Source of the DNA: Candidatus Kaelpia aquatica | GTDB taxonomy: Bacteria > Omnitrophota > Gorgyraeia > Kaelpiales > Kaelpiaceae | Length of the DNA stretch: 64,000 nucleotides | Direction: 5' to 3' | Assembly: GCA_030765335.1 (NCBI GenBank) | Contig: JAVCCU010000008.1 | Span: 3 to 64,002, forward strand | Shown: positions 40,175-50,141 of the stretch, piece by piece | Numbering within the stretch: position 1 is the first letter of the stretch | How the letters are laid out: each line of letters starts with the position of its first letter | Translations under genes and position numbers: made by a program | Notes under the pieces: generated by a model | Told to the model about the DNA's origin: nothing | Seen by the model: the letters and a program-made list of their open reading frames with translations, nothing else | Databases searched by the model: none

Positions 40175-40429
40175 CTACTTAAGAGGAAATATAAGAGCTA
40201 ATGAAAACTGAGGATCGAGAGCCTCAAACTTCATTCCTTTTCTTATTGCTTCCAGCTTATCATTTAAGGCTTTTGTCTTCAACCAGCGTGAAAAGGCATC
40301 AAGGAAGGCATCTTCTGCCTCGTGGGCAAGGATATCTCGTTCATATTCCTGAAAATCTTCAAAAAACTCTTCGAACTTGCTGTTTGAGTTTTCGTTGCCC
40401 GATAATGTCTTTTTGTCTTTCATTTTCAT
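40175..40429 (-). CDS. Small acidic hypothetical protein
   Basis: 84-aa ORF with a GAGG RBS and a consensus promoter; no recognised family. Confidence 0.7.
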   Translation of the reverse strand: MKMKDKKTLSGNENSNSKFEEFFEDFQEYERDILAHEAEDAFLDAFSRWLKTKALNDKLEAIRKGMKFEALDPQFSLALIFPLK

Positions 40430-40449
40430 ATCCTCACTCTTCTAATATA

Positions 40450-40477
40450 ATTATAACATAAAAAATACTTTTGTCAA
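40450..40477 (-). promoter_or_regulatory. Consensus sigma70 promoter
   Basis: TTGACA-N16-TATAAT with extended -10 TG. Confidence 0.75.
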
Positions 40478-40509
40478 GTTTTTAGATAGTAATTATTCAA
40501 AGACTGTTC

Positions 40510-41442
40510 TTATTGAGTTTTAAGCCAATCTTGTAATATCTGCCAATGATCAAAAGCAAAATCTTCTTTAGGGGGGATCTCATCTAACAAGCACTGCTTT
40601 ATAGCTTTGGCATCACTGCCTGCTTTAGGTAAACCTTCCGCCTCTACTATAAAGACTGTGGTTACAGTATGAAACCTAGGGTCTCTCTCTGCGGCCGAAT
40701 AGGTGTAGAACTGCCTTAATTCTACCACTCTTAAAGAGGTCTCCTCTTGGACTTCACGCCTAATACAATCTTCAAGAGATTCGCCATACTCTAGGAATCC
40801 TCCAGGAAGAGCAAGGCCATAGGGAGAGTTCTCCCTCTCTATAAGAAGAATCTTGCTGCCCTCTATAAGAATGATTGCATCTGCTGTAGGTATTGGAATC
40901 TGAGCTAGTTTTCTTAATTGATAACCATAATAAGATAAAAAACTCTCTTTAAATTCTACGTATGCCGACTTAGTTTTAAACGAAAAAATAATCCTCTTAA
41001 GTGAACTACATTTTTGAGTATGACTTAAAATTTCATTAACCATTATCTTGGCAGCTTTTTTAAGCGGAAATCCTCCTGTACCGCAACCTAGGGCAGGCAC
41101 TGCAATACTCTTAAAGCTTCTCTCTTTTGCAAGATTTAAAGCACTATTGAAAGATCTCCTTATAATGTCCTGGTCTGTTTTAAAATCCATCTTCATAGTT
41201 GCTGAATGTATTACCCAATCTGATTTTAGCCGACCTCCGGATGTTACTACAGAGTCACCCAGGCCAATAGGAGCCAGTCTAAGAGCCTCTCTCTCTATTT
41301 CATTTCCAGCTTTTCTTTTGATAGTAAGAGCCAATCCTCCACCCATGACTAACTCTGTATTTGCAGGATTGATAATAGCATCAACCCTTAAAGTAGTGAT
41401 GTCTTCATTTCTAAATTCAATCTCTAAATTATTAATCTTCAT
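40510..41442 (-). CDS. Macrodomain-Nudix hydrolase fusion
   Basis: Macro: EDIT, AIINPAN, MGGGLA, VIHSAT, PALGCGTGG. Nudix: LPGGFLEYGESLEDCIRREVQEET, RDPR, AGSDA, AFDH. Confidence 0.9.
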   Translation of the reverse strand: MKINNLEIEFRNEDITTLRVDAIINPANTELVMGGGLALTIKRKAGNEIEREALRLAPIGLGDSVVTSGGRLKSDWVIHSATMKMDFKTDQDIIRRSFNSALNLAKERSFKSIAVPALGCGTGGFPLKKAAKIMVNEILSHTQKCSSLKRIIFSFKTKSAYVEFKESFLSYYGYQLRKLAQIPIPTADAIILIEGSKILLIERENSPYGLALPGGFLEYGESLEDCIRREVQEETSLRVVELRQFYTYSAAERDPRFHTVTTVFIVEAEGLPKAGSDAKAIKQCLLDEIPPKEDFAFDHWQILQDWLKTQ

Positions 41443-41576
41443 AATTTTTTAATTTACTATCTGCTTTACCAGTATAGATCTCTTTCTCACTAGATGCTGT
41501 CATATAGATAGGGAGCCTCCTTAAAGAATAATTCTTGCTAATAAATTAGCTATTTAAAAAATGAGTATCAAAACAA

Positions 41577-41753
41577 CTACTGAGATTTTCTGAGGAGATG
41601 GATAAGAGAGACGGCTATTGAAATCAAGAGAAGAGTATTGGCAAACTCTAACCAGATCTCGTAATCTCCGGCTGCTACGGTTCGAAACTTTACTATTATT
41701 GCACCAGCAAAGAGTAGAATCCCAACCCAAGTTATTAATGCTATATGTCTCAT
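41577..41753 (-). CDS. Small two-TM membrane protein (58 aa, missing from the ORF track)
   Basis: MRHIALITWVGILLFAGAIIVKFRTVAAGDYEIWLEFANTLLLISIAVSLIHLLRKSQ; starts 6 nt after the upstream stop. Confidence 0.6.
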   Translation of the reverse strand: MRHIALITWVGILLFAGAIIVKFRTVAAGDYEIWLEFANTLLLISIAVSLIHLLRKSQ

Positions 41754-41759
41754 ATTAAA

Positions 41760-42095
41760 TCAGATATTGATTTTCTCAGCCACTGGATATATATAGGGCA
41801 TCTTCCAATACTGGCCCATAAGAACTTGGATTATCCCGATTACAGAGGCTACACTGAAGACCAAGATAGCCAAAAATTGAACTATAGTACCAAAGAAAGG
41901 TACAACAGAGAGAACAGCCGCCAAAACTTCACCAATAAATATGATCAGCCCTTGCTTAGCATGAAAAAATGCAAATCTATTATCTTTTTTTAAAAAGAGA
42001 GGTACAAAACAGAGAAAGGATATATAAGCAAAGATCGCAAATAATCTGCCTTCTTCAATCTCTCTATCAACATCCAGAATCTCTTTATCTTCCAC
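41760..42095 (-). CDS. DUF4870-like small membrane protein
   Basis: AIFAYI..LCFVPL..KKDNRFAFFHAKQGL, G.YWKMP; AGGAGG RBS; promoter TTGACG-N17-TATTAT at 42153-42125. Confidence 0.8.
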   Translation of the reverse strand: MEDKEILDVDREIEEGRLFAIFAYISFLCFVPLFLKKDNRFAFFHAKQGLIIFIGEVLAAVLSVVPFFGTIVQFLAILVFSVASVIGIIQVLMGQYWKMPYIYPVAEKINI

Positions 42096-42163
42096 AGTAT
42101 TCCTCCTTGATTATTCTCTGAAAAATAATAACAGATAAGGCAGACTGCGTCAAGATGTAGCGT

Positions 42164-45100
42164 TTAACAGCTTGCCACCGACTCTTCTGTTTTGTGAAAC
42201 TTTACAGACACGATCTTTGATATTCCAGTATTCTCCATAGTTATACCATAGATGATATCAGCTGTTGAGATAGTACGCTTATTATGGGTTATGACCAAGA
42301 ACTGGGATAGTCGAGAGAACTCTTCTAGCATCTTTCTATATCTGTCGATATTCGATTCATCTAGCGGAGCATCAACCTCATCAAGAATACAAAACGGAGA
42401 AGGCTTAGACTGAAAAATAGCAAACAACAATGACAGAGCAGTAAGCGCTTTCTCTCCGCCTGAAAGCAAGCTAACACCTTGGAGTTTCTTGCCTGGAGGT
42501 CTAGCCAATATTTCAATTCCAGCCTCAAGACAATCTATACCTTCTTCTAAAACAAGATCTGCATCTCCGCCGCCAAATAGACGCGGGAAGATCTCTTTAA
42601 AAGATGCTCTAACTTGCTGAAATGTTCCCGAAAACATATCACGCGTAGTCTTATTTATCTTTCTAATGGCAGCCTGCAGAGACTCTTTCGCTTCCAGGAG
42701 ATCTCTCTCTTGATTCTCAAGAAATATCGAACGCTCTTTTAGGCTCTTATGTTCCTCTATAGCAACAAGATTGACCTCACCCATTCTTTCCAATTTTCCC
42801 TGAAGATCTTTTAACTCTTCCTCTACAGCCCCTATCTCTACTTCACCTTCAACTTCATCTGGAATATCAGTTATACCATAGACCTGATTAAGTCTCTCTC
42901 TTATGCTTTTAATCCTATACTCTTCTTCGTTCATGTTCAAATCCAGACTGTGAGCTTCATCTTTATAAGCAGCATATTCATTTCTTAACTTTATAAGCTC
43001 ATCCTCTTCTCTCTCAAACTGGGACTTTAAATCTTCATATTTACTTTTATCTTGAGTCAATCTTCCAGCGCCCTCCTCTAACTTGACCTTTAAGTCTTCG
43101 TTCTCACCTCTAAGGCGAGATACCTCATCTTCTAACTGACCTATCTTAATACCAATCTCTACCTGCTCATTCTCTCTCTTCTGCTTATCTATATTTAAAT
43201 TCTGCAGTTCTATCTCAACAGATTTGTATATATCGTCGTATTTCTGTTTTCTCTCTATGTAAGATGCCTCTTTGGTCTCAAGTTGAGCCAGTCCTATAGA
43301 AAGCTCATGCTTCCTATCAATAAGCTTAGCCTGACTATCCTGCAAAGATAATAACCTCTCCTCGTCCTTTTTGATTTTAGCCCCGGACTCATTAAGCTCT
43401 GTTTTCAATCTATCCCTGCGCGATGCATCGCTGCTAAGTTGAGCTTCTATATCCTCTATATCTAAATTTAATACTTCCTGCTCTTGAGATAGTCTCTCTC
43501 TATTAGCCTGCCCTGACTCTAAGGTTTTCTTTAGACCGATAAGATGATCGTTTAATCCGGATTTTCTGACTTCAAAATCAGAGAGCTTATCAGTTACCTG
43601 AGAATATTTTTTTTCTGACTCTACTATGCGAACTGATACTTCTTCTAGACTCTTTTTGAGTATCTCAATCTCTTCTTTAAGTCTGCCTATCTTACCATCC
43701 CTATCTAATAATCCTAAATCCTTAGTAGGGTCAAATCCTATACCTAGAGTTGGGCCCTGAAAAGCCAGATGGCCTTGAGCTAAAAACCTATAAACCGGGT
43801 AATTAAAACTTAATTCTCTAGCCCGCTCAGAATCTTCGACATATAACACATCAGCAACTAACGAAAGGATGGCTTTTTTATCAGCATCAAGTTCTATAAA
43901 ATAAGCTATGGGAAATGTCCCTTCGATGTATTCAGAGTCTTTAAATTTTAGCTCTGAAAGAACTACGACTTCTATATCGGAGAAACCTTCACTTTTGCAA
44001 TACTTCAATATATCAACAGCAGACTCTCTCGCATTTACAACTATAGACTTTAATTTTTCACCAAAAGCAAGCTCTACCCTATCTACATATTCCGGAGCCA
44101 CTCTTATAATATCAGATACCCTGCCCAATACCAGATCTGGAAATCTATTTGCCACAGCCTTAGTCCCTTCGGAATAGCCTAAACCTTTAGAATAGATTTC
44201 AAGCCAGCTATCGAGCCTGGCTTCGTAGTTGGCAGATTTTTTCTCTAAATTAACTTTATCAGCCGTTAAAGATTCTCTCCCTCTCTCAATGGTAGTCTTA
44301 TCATTAAAGATGCCGTCCAATTCATTTTTCAAGATACCGAGCTCTTGATCCTTATCTCTAAGCTCTAGCTCTAATTTCTCCAGCTTAAAGTTCTGCTCCT
44401 CTAAAGTAAGGATTATACCACTGCGATTCTCTTTTAATCTCTCAATGCGTATTCTAAGAGATTTAAGTTCACTTTCAAGCTCTAGAAGCAGGTTGTTCTT
44501 TTGTGTAAACTCATAATTGTATTCTAATATCTTGGACTTTACCCCCTCTATCTCTTCCTTAATCTCGCTCTCTTCTATAGCTATGCTTTCAACCTCTCTC
44601 TTCTTATCGCCTATACCCCGATCTAGGACCTCGCCTTCTTGGTCAAAAGAATCCCTCTCTCCTCTTAACTCTGTCATCTTGCTCTGAGAGAGATTGATCC
44701 TGACTACAATATCTTCAAGCTCCTGCCTTAATATATCTATTCTCTCTTTAATCTCTTCTATAACCTGATTATTCCATTCTATCCTCTCTTTGTTTCTCTG
44801 CTGCCTAGAAGAAGCATCCCTTAATATATTCTCTTCTTGAGCTATCTTCTCAGAAGATTCAGATATATCGCCTCTCAATGCCTTCGCCAAAGACTCTTTA
44901 GATTCCAAGAGTCTCTGCATCTTGCTGGAGTCTTCATTAAACATATTTTTCTTGGACGAAAAAGAAGAGATTGAACCCTTATAAGCTTTTATTTTAGCCG
45001 CAGCTAAGATAAGCTCCTTGCTTTTTATATCCTCATAAACAATTTTATAATTCTCTGCCTTACGCGCCTGCCTCTCTAGAGAGGATATCTGACGTCTAAT

Positions 45101-45691
45101 CTCTGAAATAATGTCAGAGACACGCAAGAGATTGTTCTCTGTATGTTCTAATTTACGTAAAGCTTCTTTCTTTTTATTCTTAAAGCGTGTTATCCCGCTT
45201 GCCTCTTCAAATACATACCTTCTCTCATCAGGTTTTGAACTTACTATAAGATCCATCTTACCCTGCTCCATAAGAGAATAGGCTTTTGTACCTATTCCAG
45301 TGCCAGCAATAAGATCCTGGACATCTTTTAATCTAACAGGAGCCATATTAATCAGATAATCACTATCGCCTGTTCTAAACAATCTTCTGGATATAGTAAC
45401 TTCACTAAAATCTATAGGAAGTTTGCCGCTTTCATTTGATATCTTTAAGGAGACTTCCGCAAAATTGACCTTATCAGCAAGCTCAGTCCCGTTAAATATT
45501 ACATCTTCCATAGAGCCGCCTCTAAGCTCCTTTGCACTCTGCTCACCTAAGACCCATTTCATAGCATCGACTATATTAGATTTGCCGCAACCATTGGGCC
45601 CTACAATTGCAGTAACACCTGGTTCAAACTCAAGAATGGTTTTTTCTGCAAAAGACTTAAATCCATAAATTTCTAAACTTTTAAGCAGCAT
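42164..45691 (-). CDS. smc: Chromosome segregation protein SMC
   Basis: GFKSFA, GPNGCGKSN, long coiled coils with hinge, LSGGEK, LDEVDAPLD. Confidence 0.97.
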   Translation of the reverse strand: MLLKSLEIYGFKSFAEKTILEFEPGVTAIVGPNGCGKSNIVDAMKWVLGEQSAKELRGGSMEDVIFNGTELADKVNFAEVSLKISNESGKLPIDFSEVTISRRLFRTGDSDYLINMAPVRLKDVQDLIAGTGIGTKAYSLMEQGKMDLIVSSKPDERRYVFEEASGITRFKNKKKEALRKLEHTENNLLRVSDIISEIRRQISSLERQARKAENYKIVYEDIKSKELILAAAKIKAYKGSISSFSSKKNMFNEDSSKMQRLLESKESLAKALRGDISESSEKIAQEENILRDASSRQQRNKERIEWNNQVIEEIKERIDILRQELEDIVVRINLSQSKMTELRGERDSFDQEGEVLDRGIGDKKREVESIAIEESEIKEEIEGVKSKILEYNYEFTQKNNLLLELESELKSLRIRIERLKENRSGIILTLEEQNFKLEKLELELRDKDQELGILKNELDGIFNDKTTIERGRESLTADKVNLEKKSANYEARLDSWLEIYSKGLGYSEGTKAVANRFPDLVLGRVSDIIRVAPEYVDRVELAFGEKLKSIVVNARESAVDILKYCKSEGFSDIEVVVLSELKFKDSEYIEGTFPIAYFIELDADKKAILSLVADVLYVEDSERARELSFNYPVYRFLAQGHLAFQGPTLGIGFDPTKDLGLLDRDGKIGRLKEEIEILKKSLEEVSVRIVESEKKYSQVTDKLSDFEVRKSGLNDHLIGLKKTLESGQANRERLSQEQEVLNLDIEDIEAQLSSDASRRDRLKTELNESGAKIKKDEERLLSLQDSQAKLIDRKHELSIGLAQLETKEASYIERKQKYDDIYKSVEIELQNLNIDKQKRENEQVEIGIKIGQLEDEVSRLRGENEDLKVKLEEGAGRLTQDKSKYEDLKSQFEREEDELIKLRNEYAAYKDEAHSLDLNMNEEEYRIKSIRERLNQVYGITDIPDEVEGEVEIGAVEEELKDLQGKLERMGEVNLVAIEEHKSLKERSIFLENQERDLLEAKESLQAAIRKINKTTRDMFSGTFQQVRASFKEIFPRLFGGGDADLVLEEGIDCLEAGIEILARPPGKKLQGVSLLSGGEKALTALSLLFAIFQSKPSPFCILDEVDAPLDESNIDRYRKMLEEFSRLSQFLVITHNKRTISTADIIYGITMENTGISKIVSVKFHKTEESVASC

Positions 45692-45697
45692 AGATAT

Positions 45698-45726
45698 AGC
45701 ATATAATAAACTAAGTTAAATTTCAA
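45698..45726 (-). promoter_or_regulatory. smc promoter positioned for a leaderless transcript
   Basis: TTGAAA-N17-TATGCT, 6 nt before the ATG; no SD sequence. Confidence 0.5.
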
Positions 45727-45756
45727 TCTTATCTCACCATCTAAATAAGGAGGTGT

Positions 45757-46122
45757 TTGATGGGTCTTTTCTTAATCTGCAGTTTGATCGGCTTAGGAGG
45801 CGGAATATTGAGCGGGGTTTTAGGCATAGGAGGTGCAACGATTATCATCCCTGCCTTGATATATTTTCTGAAATTCAATCAACATCTGGCTCAGGGTACA
45901 ACCCTTGCTCTTATGGTTCTACCTATTGGACTGCTTGCAGCCTGGACATATTTTAAATCCGGACATGTAGATCTTAAAGTTGCAGCTCTAATATGCATTG
46001 GATTTTTAATCGGAGGACTAATCGGTGCTAAGATAGCAGTCTCTATGCCTCAGGAAGCTCTGGGCAGGATTTTTGGAATAGTACTCTTGCTCCTGGGAGC
46101 AAAGATGGCTCTTGGAATATGA
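45757..46122 (+). CDS. Sulfite exporter TauE/SafE family, half-size
   Basis: GVLGIGGATIIIPAL, QHLAQGTTL, GGLIGAKIA; AAGGAGG RBS. Confidence 0.88.
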   Translation: MMGLFLICSLIGLGGGILSGVLGIGGATIIIPALIYFLKFNQHLAQGTTLALMVLPIGLLAAWTYFKSGHVDLKVAALICIGFLIGGLIGAKIAVSMPQEALGRIFGIVLLLLGAKMALGI

Positions 46123-46124
46123 TA

Positions 46125-47429
46125 TTAGAACTGAATATTAGAATAGAGCTGTCTTAATAAAGCGCTTTCTGAAACATCTTCTAAATATGATAAGAGATAA
46201 CCTTGATTCACTTCGGAGAGAAAAGAGAGCAGCAGCTGTAACTGATCAAAAGCCAGATAGACCTTTGCAACTTTACCTTCTTCAGATATTGAATCGTAGA
46301 AACCTAGAGGGCCTAAAATCTGAGGAAATTTTTCCAGGGTTTTCTTAAATAAATCCAGACTTGCCTTCTTATCTATAGTATAAAGTAAGGCTGTAGCATG
46401 AGGAGCAGCTATGTCAGATCTAACCCAACCTTCACTTGCATCAAATACACCTAGGGCCGGTTCATAGCAATACTCTCCGTCTTTGCCTTGAGGATCTGCT
46501 GCAGCAGAACGGAGCAATGGCACTTTAGAATTTAAAGCATAATCTATTTGAATAGCAGCATAATTGAAATGCGCTTCTTTTAAACCGCAAGAGAGCTCCG
46601 TCTCTGGTATAAATAATAACGGCAGCCAAGCTTGAAAAGCACCTTGCCAAGGTTTAAAAAACTCAACCTCCCGGCCATTGCTTAAAGTGTAGCTGCCCCT
46701 AGGACAGTTTTCCTTCCTTAAAAGATTATTCCATAGATCTTGAGGTAGGTCAGTTAAGATTAAAGAAGCAAGAGCGGCGATTCTGGATTCAGTATAGAAC
46801 CTATCCAACCAGAGATAGGGCAGAGGACCGTATCTATAGACTCCATAAAGAAGTCCAGTCTCTCTATCATATAACTCCTCCCATCCAGCACGCTGACTTA
46901 AAAGCATAGAGTCTACTTCTTTTTTAATTCTTCTCTGCCAAGCACTCTTAGAATCTGAAAAGGCTCCGGAGACAACCATAAGAGCTAGAGTAAAATTACC
47001 ATTATCATAACTTGATATAACTCTATCCTCTGCCGCTTTTATCCCTTTTTTTAAATCATACCAATATAGAAGCCCTTTCCATTTCGGAGCCTTCTTGATA
47101 GATACTATTGTTTTAAGAAGAGCTCTCCCGGCATCCTCCCTGCTAAAATTATTTAAAACCAGATCTCCTTTTATAATATCGGCCAAAAGAACCATCCAGA
47201 AACCTATAATAGAAGGACTGGTATATTTACCGTATTTAAAAGAATTATCGTTTTGAATTGATATATGATCGTAGGGAAATCCGCTGAACTCATCCACGCC
47301 ATATTTGAAATAGTCATAATTGCAGCCTATAATCCAATCTTTGAACCTCTCTTCCTCTGTTGCGGAGAAAGCATTGCTCACTAAAAATAAAAATACCCCT
47401 GTAAGTATATATTTTTTAAGACTCATCAC
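46125..47429 (-). CDS. Secreted DUF3131/GH144-like (alpha/alpha)6 glycoside hydrolase (beta-1,2-glucanase-like)
   Basis: Signal peptide, GFPYDH, YTSPSIIG, LYWYD, ISSYDNGN, FYTESRI, APHAT, GPLGFYDS, YLAFDQ. Confidence 0.7.
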   Translation of the reverse strand: MMSLKKYILTGVFLFLVSNAFSATEEERFKDWIIGCNYDYFKYGVDEFSGFPYDHISIQNDNSFKYGKYTSPSIIGFWMVLLADIIKGDLVLNNFSREDAGRALLKTIVSIKKAPKWKGLLYWYDLKKGIKAAEDRVISSYDNGNFTLALMVVSGAFSDSKSAWQRRIKKEVDSMLLSQRAGWEELYDRETGLLYGVYRYGPLPYLWLDRFYTESRIAALASLILTDLPQDLWNNLLRKENCPRGSYTLSNGREVEFFKPWQGAFQAWLPLLFIPETELSCGLKEAHFNYAAIQIDYALNSKVPLLRSAAADPQGKDGEYCYEPALGVFDASEGWVRSDIAAPHATALLYTIDKKASLDLFKKTLEKFPQILGPLGFYDSISEEGKVAKVYLAFDQLQLLLSFLSEVNQGYLLSYLEDVSESALLRQLYSNIQF

Positions 47430-47475
47430 TATTAGGTCGACAATCCTATACTCGGCAAATATAGAACAAACTCTC

Positions 47476-48996
47476 TTAATAATTACAGCAATCTAAGGTA
47501 TCGGGTGAGAATTTTAAAAACTTATGTCCCAACTCAGGGTCAAATTGAGTGCTTAGATTAATCTCTATCTCGTTTAAAGCCTCGCTCTTGCTGAAAATTC
47601 TACCGCGATAAGAGCGTAATGATGTCATAGCATCAAAAGCATCTACAATCGAGACTAGGCGGGCTTCAAACGGTATCTCCAAAGACCTAAGAGCACTCGG
47701 ATAGCCGTTGCCATTATATTTTTCATGGTGATACTTCACCACTGGTATCATCTCTTTCATTATGCCCAAAGGTATTAAAATATCCACGCCTTTAGCGGGA
47801 TGCATCTTCATGTGGTTCATCTCTACCTCTGTTAACTTATCAGGTTTTGCTAAAATATTCTCGGGAATGACAATCTTACCTATATCGTGAATAGAGCAGG
47901 CCTTCTCCAAAACCATAATCTCTTTTTGGGGTAAGCCTAAAAACTTAGCAAAATCTCTCGCATAAAAACTTACCCGCTGAGAATGACCCCTAGTATTTTT
48001 GCATTTAGCCTCTAAAGCTGCCACCAGAACTTCAAGTGTTCCCAAGTACTTGCTCTGCAGCCTTTGGTACAGAAGTGAATTATTGATTACGATAGAAGCC
48101 TGATGGCTCAAAATAGATAAGATGCGAATCTCATCGTCACTGACTAAATGCTCTGGTGCAAAATTACTTAAAACCAATATCCCAAAAATGCTCTCTCTAT
48201 AATTAATAGGCAGACAGATAAAATCACCGTCATTAAGAATATCTAACTCTTTTTTATTTAAGACAATGTTCTCTACTTTAAGGTCAGACTTTCTTAAAGG
48301 GATTCTTTTTTGAGCTACAAGACCAAAGACACCTTCTCCGCTCTTTATCCTCAATCTACTCAAAGCCTTTTCATCAAAGCCTTTAAACATCTGCACAACC
48401 ATCTCAGATGTAGAGTCATCCAGCAAAAGTAAAGCTATATTTTTCGCTCCTGTAATTTCAGAAGACATATTAACTACAGCTTCAAGCGCTATATCCAAAT
48501 CAGAGATATTAGTGATAACCTTGGTCACTTCTCCTAAAGCAAATATTTGATTAAGCCTGGATTCAAGCTGCCTATCCAAATCAACCAGATTATTGAGCAG
48601 CTCTTTATTCTCTGTAGCAAGTTTTCTCTGCTTAACAGCCCGGGTCACAACATTTAAAAACTTCTCCATATCAAACGGCTTTGTCATATATTCATAGGCC
48701 CCGTCTCTCACTGCTTCAATTGCTGTCTCTAGGGACGCGAACCCTGTCATTATCATAATAGGCAGCTCTGGATCTATCTCCCGGGCTTTTTTCAAAACTT
48801 CTAAACCGCTTAAGCCGGGCATCTTTATGTCTGTTATCACAAGATCAAAATTACCGTCTTTGATAGCACTAAGAGCTTTTTGACCCTCATTAACTGTTTC
48901 AACGTCAAAATCTTCAAGACTTAAGAAGTCAGATATACTATCCAGCAGCCCCCTGTCATCATCTGCCAATAAGATTCTGCCTTTAGGTACCTTCAT
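47476..48996 (-). CDS. Response regulator REC-GAF-HD-GYP (cyclic dinucleotide phosphodiesterase)
   Basis: DLVITDIKMPG receiver, central GAF, GHSQRV, HDIGK, HHEKYNGNGYP, DAFDAMTS. Confidence 0.92.
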   Translation of the reverse strand: MKVPKGRILLADDDRGLLDSISDFLSLEDFDVETVNEGQKALSAIKDGNFDLVITDIKMPGLSGLEVLKKAREIDPELPIMIMTGFASLETAIEAVRDGAYEYMTKPFDMEKFLNVVTRAVKQRKLATENKELLNNLVDLDRQLESRLNQIFALGEVTKVITNISDLDIALEAVVNMSSEITGAKNIALLLLDDSTSEMVVQMFKGFDEKALSRLRIKSGEGVFGLVAQKRIPLRKSDLKVENIVLNKKELDILNDGDFICLPINYRESIFGILVLSNFAPEHLVSDDEIRILSILSHQASIVINNSLLYQRLQSKYLGTLEVLVAALEAKCKNTRGHSQRVSFYARDFAKFLGLPQKEIMVLEKACSIHDIGKIVIPENILAKPDKLTEVEMNHMKMHPAKGVDILIPLGIMKEMIPVVKYHHEKYNGNGYPSALRSLEIPFEARLVSIVDAFDAMTSLRSYRGRIFSKSEALNEIEINLSTQFDPELGHKFLKFSPDTLDCCNY

Positions 48997-50141
48997 CTAA
49001 GAGCCTTTGAGATATCTTCTATCTTCTCTTTTAAGGGTAATATAATTTTAAAGCTGCAACCTTTACCCAAAACAGATTCCACTTTAATGCTGCCGCCCAT
49101 ACTTTTAATTATCTTCTTGGATATATATAACCCTATACCATTGCCTTCTTCTTTTGTCGTATAGTTAAGCAAAAACAGATTATCCATTTCAGAGTCTGAA
49201 ATACCCGGGCCTGTATCGGATATATCTATGACCACAGAACTATTCTTATCTTCTTCTATATACGCTTTTATAGTCAGCTGCCCACCGCCAACCATTGCCT
49301 CTTTAGCGTTGAGGATTATATTTATCATAACCTGCCTAAGCTGAGAAGAGTCTAAAATCAGATCCGGAATTCTTAAGTCAAAGTTTTTTACTACTCTTAC
49401 CCCTGATCTATTCAGCTCCGGATCTAACATCTCAATGGTCGTATCAACAAAATCTTTTAAATCAAACCTCTCTTCTCTTTTTTTACTTATACCCAAAAGC
49501 CTAAGTAATAGACCGTCAGCAGACTGAATGGAACTCTCAATAAGAGAAAAATGTTTATCTATCTTTGCACTACTGGCCGCAATGCTCTTTTTTATGAAAT
49601 TAGCTGAAATATTTATTGTAGTAAGTATATTCTTAAATTCATGCACCATAGAGCGGGACAACAGAGCAAAGGGAAGGCGAGAAGCTGTGTTCTTTAAAGA
49701 TATCTCAAGCTGCTCCCTCTCTTCTTCTGTTTTCTCTAGCTCTGCTTTCAGATCTTGAACTTCGCTATTCTTCTTGAACTTAACTACAGCCTTCCTCAAA
49801 GCCTCATCAAGCTCTGCCATGTTTACCGGCTTTAAGAGAATAGATGCAACATCATGATTTAGAAAAGAGATCAACTCTTCCCTTTCCGGCTCAGAAGTTA
49901 AAACTATTATTGATGCTAGAGGATGTACATTATTGATCTCTCTTATTAATTCTTCTCTATTGAACCCCTGTAATTCAGAATCAATAACAGCTATCTGAAA
50001 TTTTATCTTTTTTATAAAAGAGAATGACTCCCAAGGATTTGCAAACGAATATACTGGATAACCCTTATCTTCAAGTACTCCTAAGAAAGCTTCCCGGAGC
50101 AATGCATCAGGCTCTAATAGGAAAATAGAATATTCTTTCAT
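48993..50141 (-). CDS. Soluble hybrid REC-histidine kinase
   Basis: N-terminal receiver, HEFKNIL H-box, [21 protein letters not shown]; no TM segments. Confidence 0.9.
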   Translation of the reverse strand: MKEYSIFLLEPDALLREAFLGVLEDKGYPVYSFANPWESFSFIKKIKFQIAVIDSELQGFNREELIREINNVHPLASIIVLTSEPEREELISFLNHDVASILLKPVNMAELDEALRKAVVKFKKNSEVQDLKAELEKTEEEREQLEISLKNTASRLPFALLSRSMVHEFKNILTTINISANFIKKSIAASSAKIDKHFSLIESSIQSADGLLLRLLGISKKREERFDLKDFVDTTIEMLDPELNRSGVRVVKNFDLRIPDLILDSSQLRQVMINIILNAKEAMVGGGQLTIKAYIEEDKNSSVVIDISDTGPGISDSEMDNLFLLNYTTKEEGNGIGLYISKKIIKSMGGSIKVESVLGKGCSFKIILPLKEKIEDISKALR

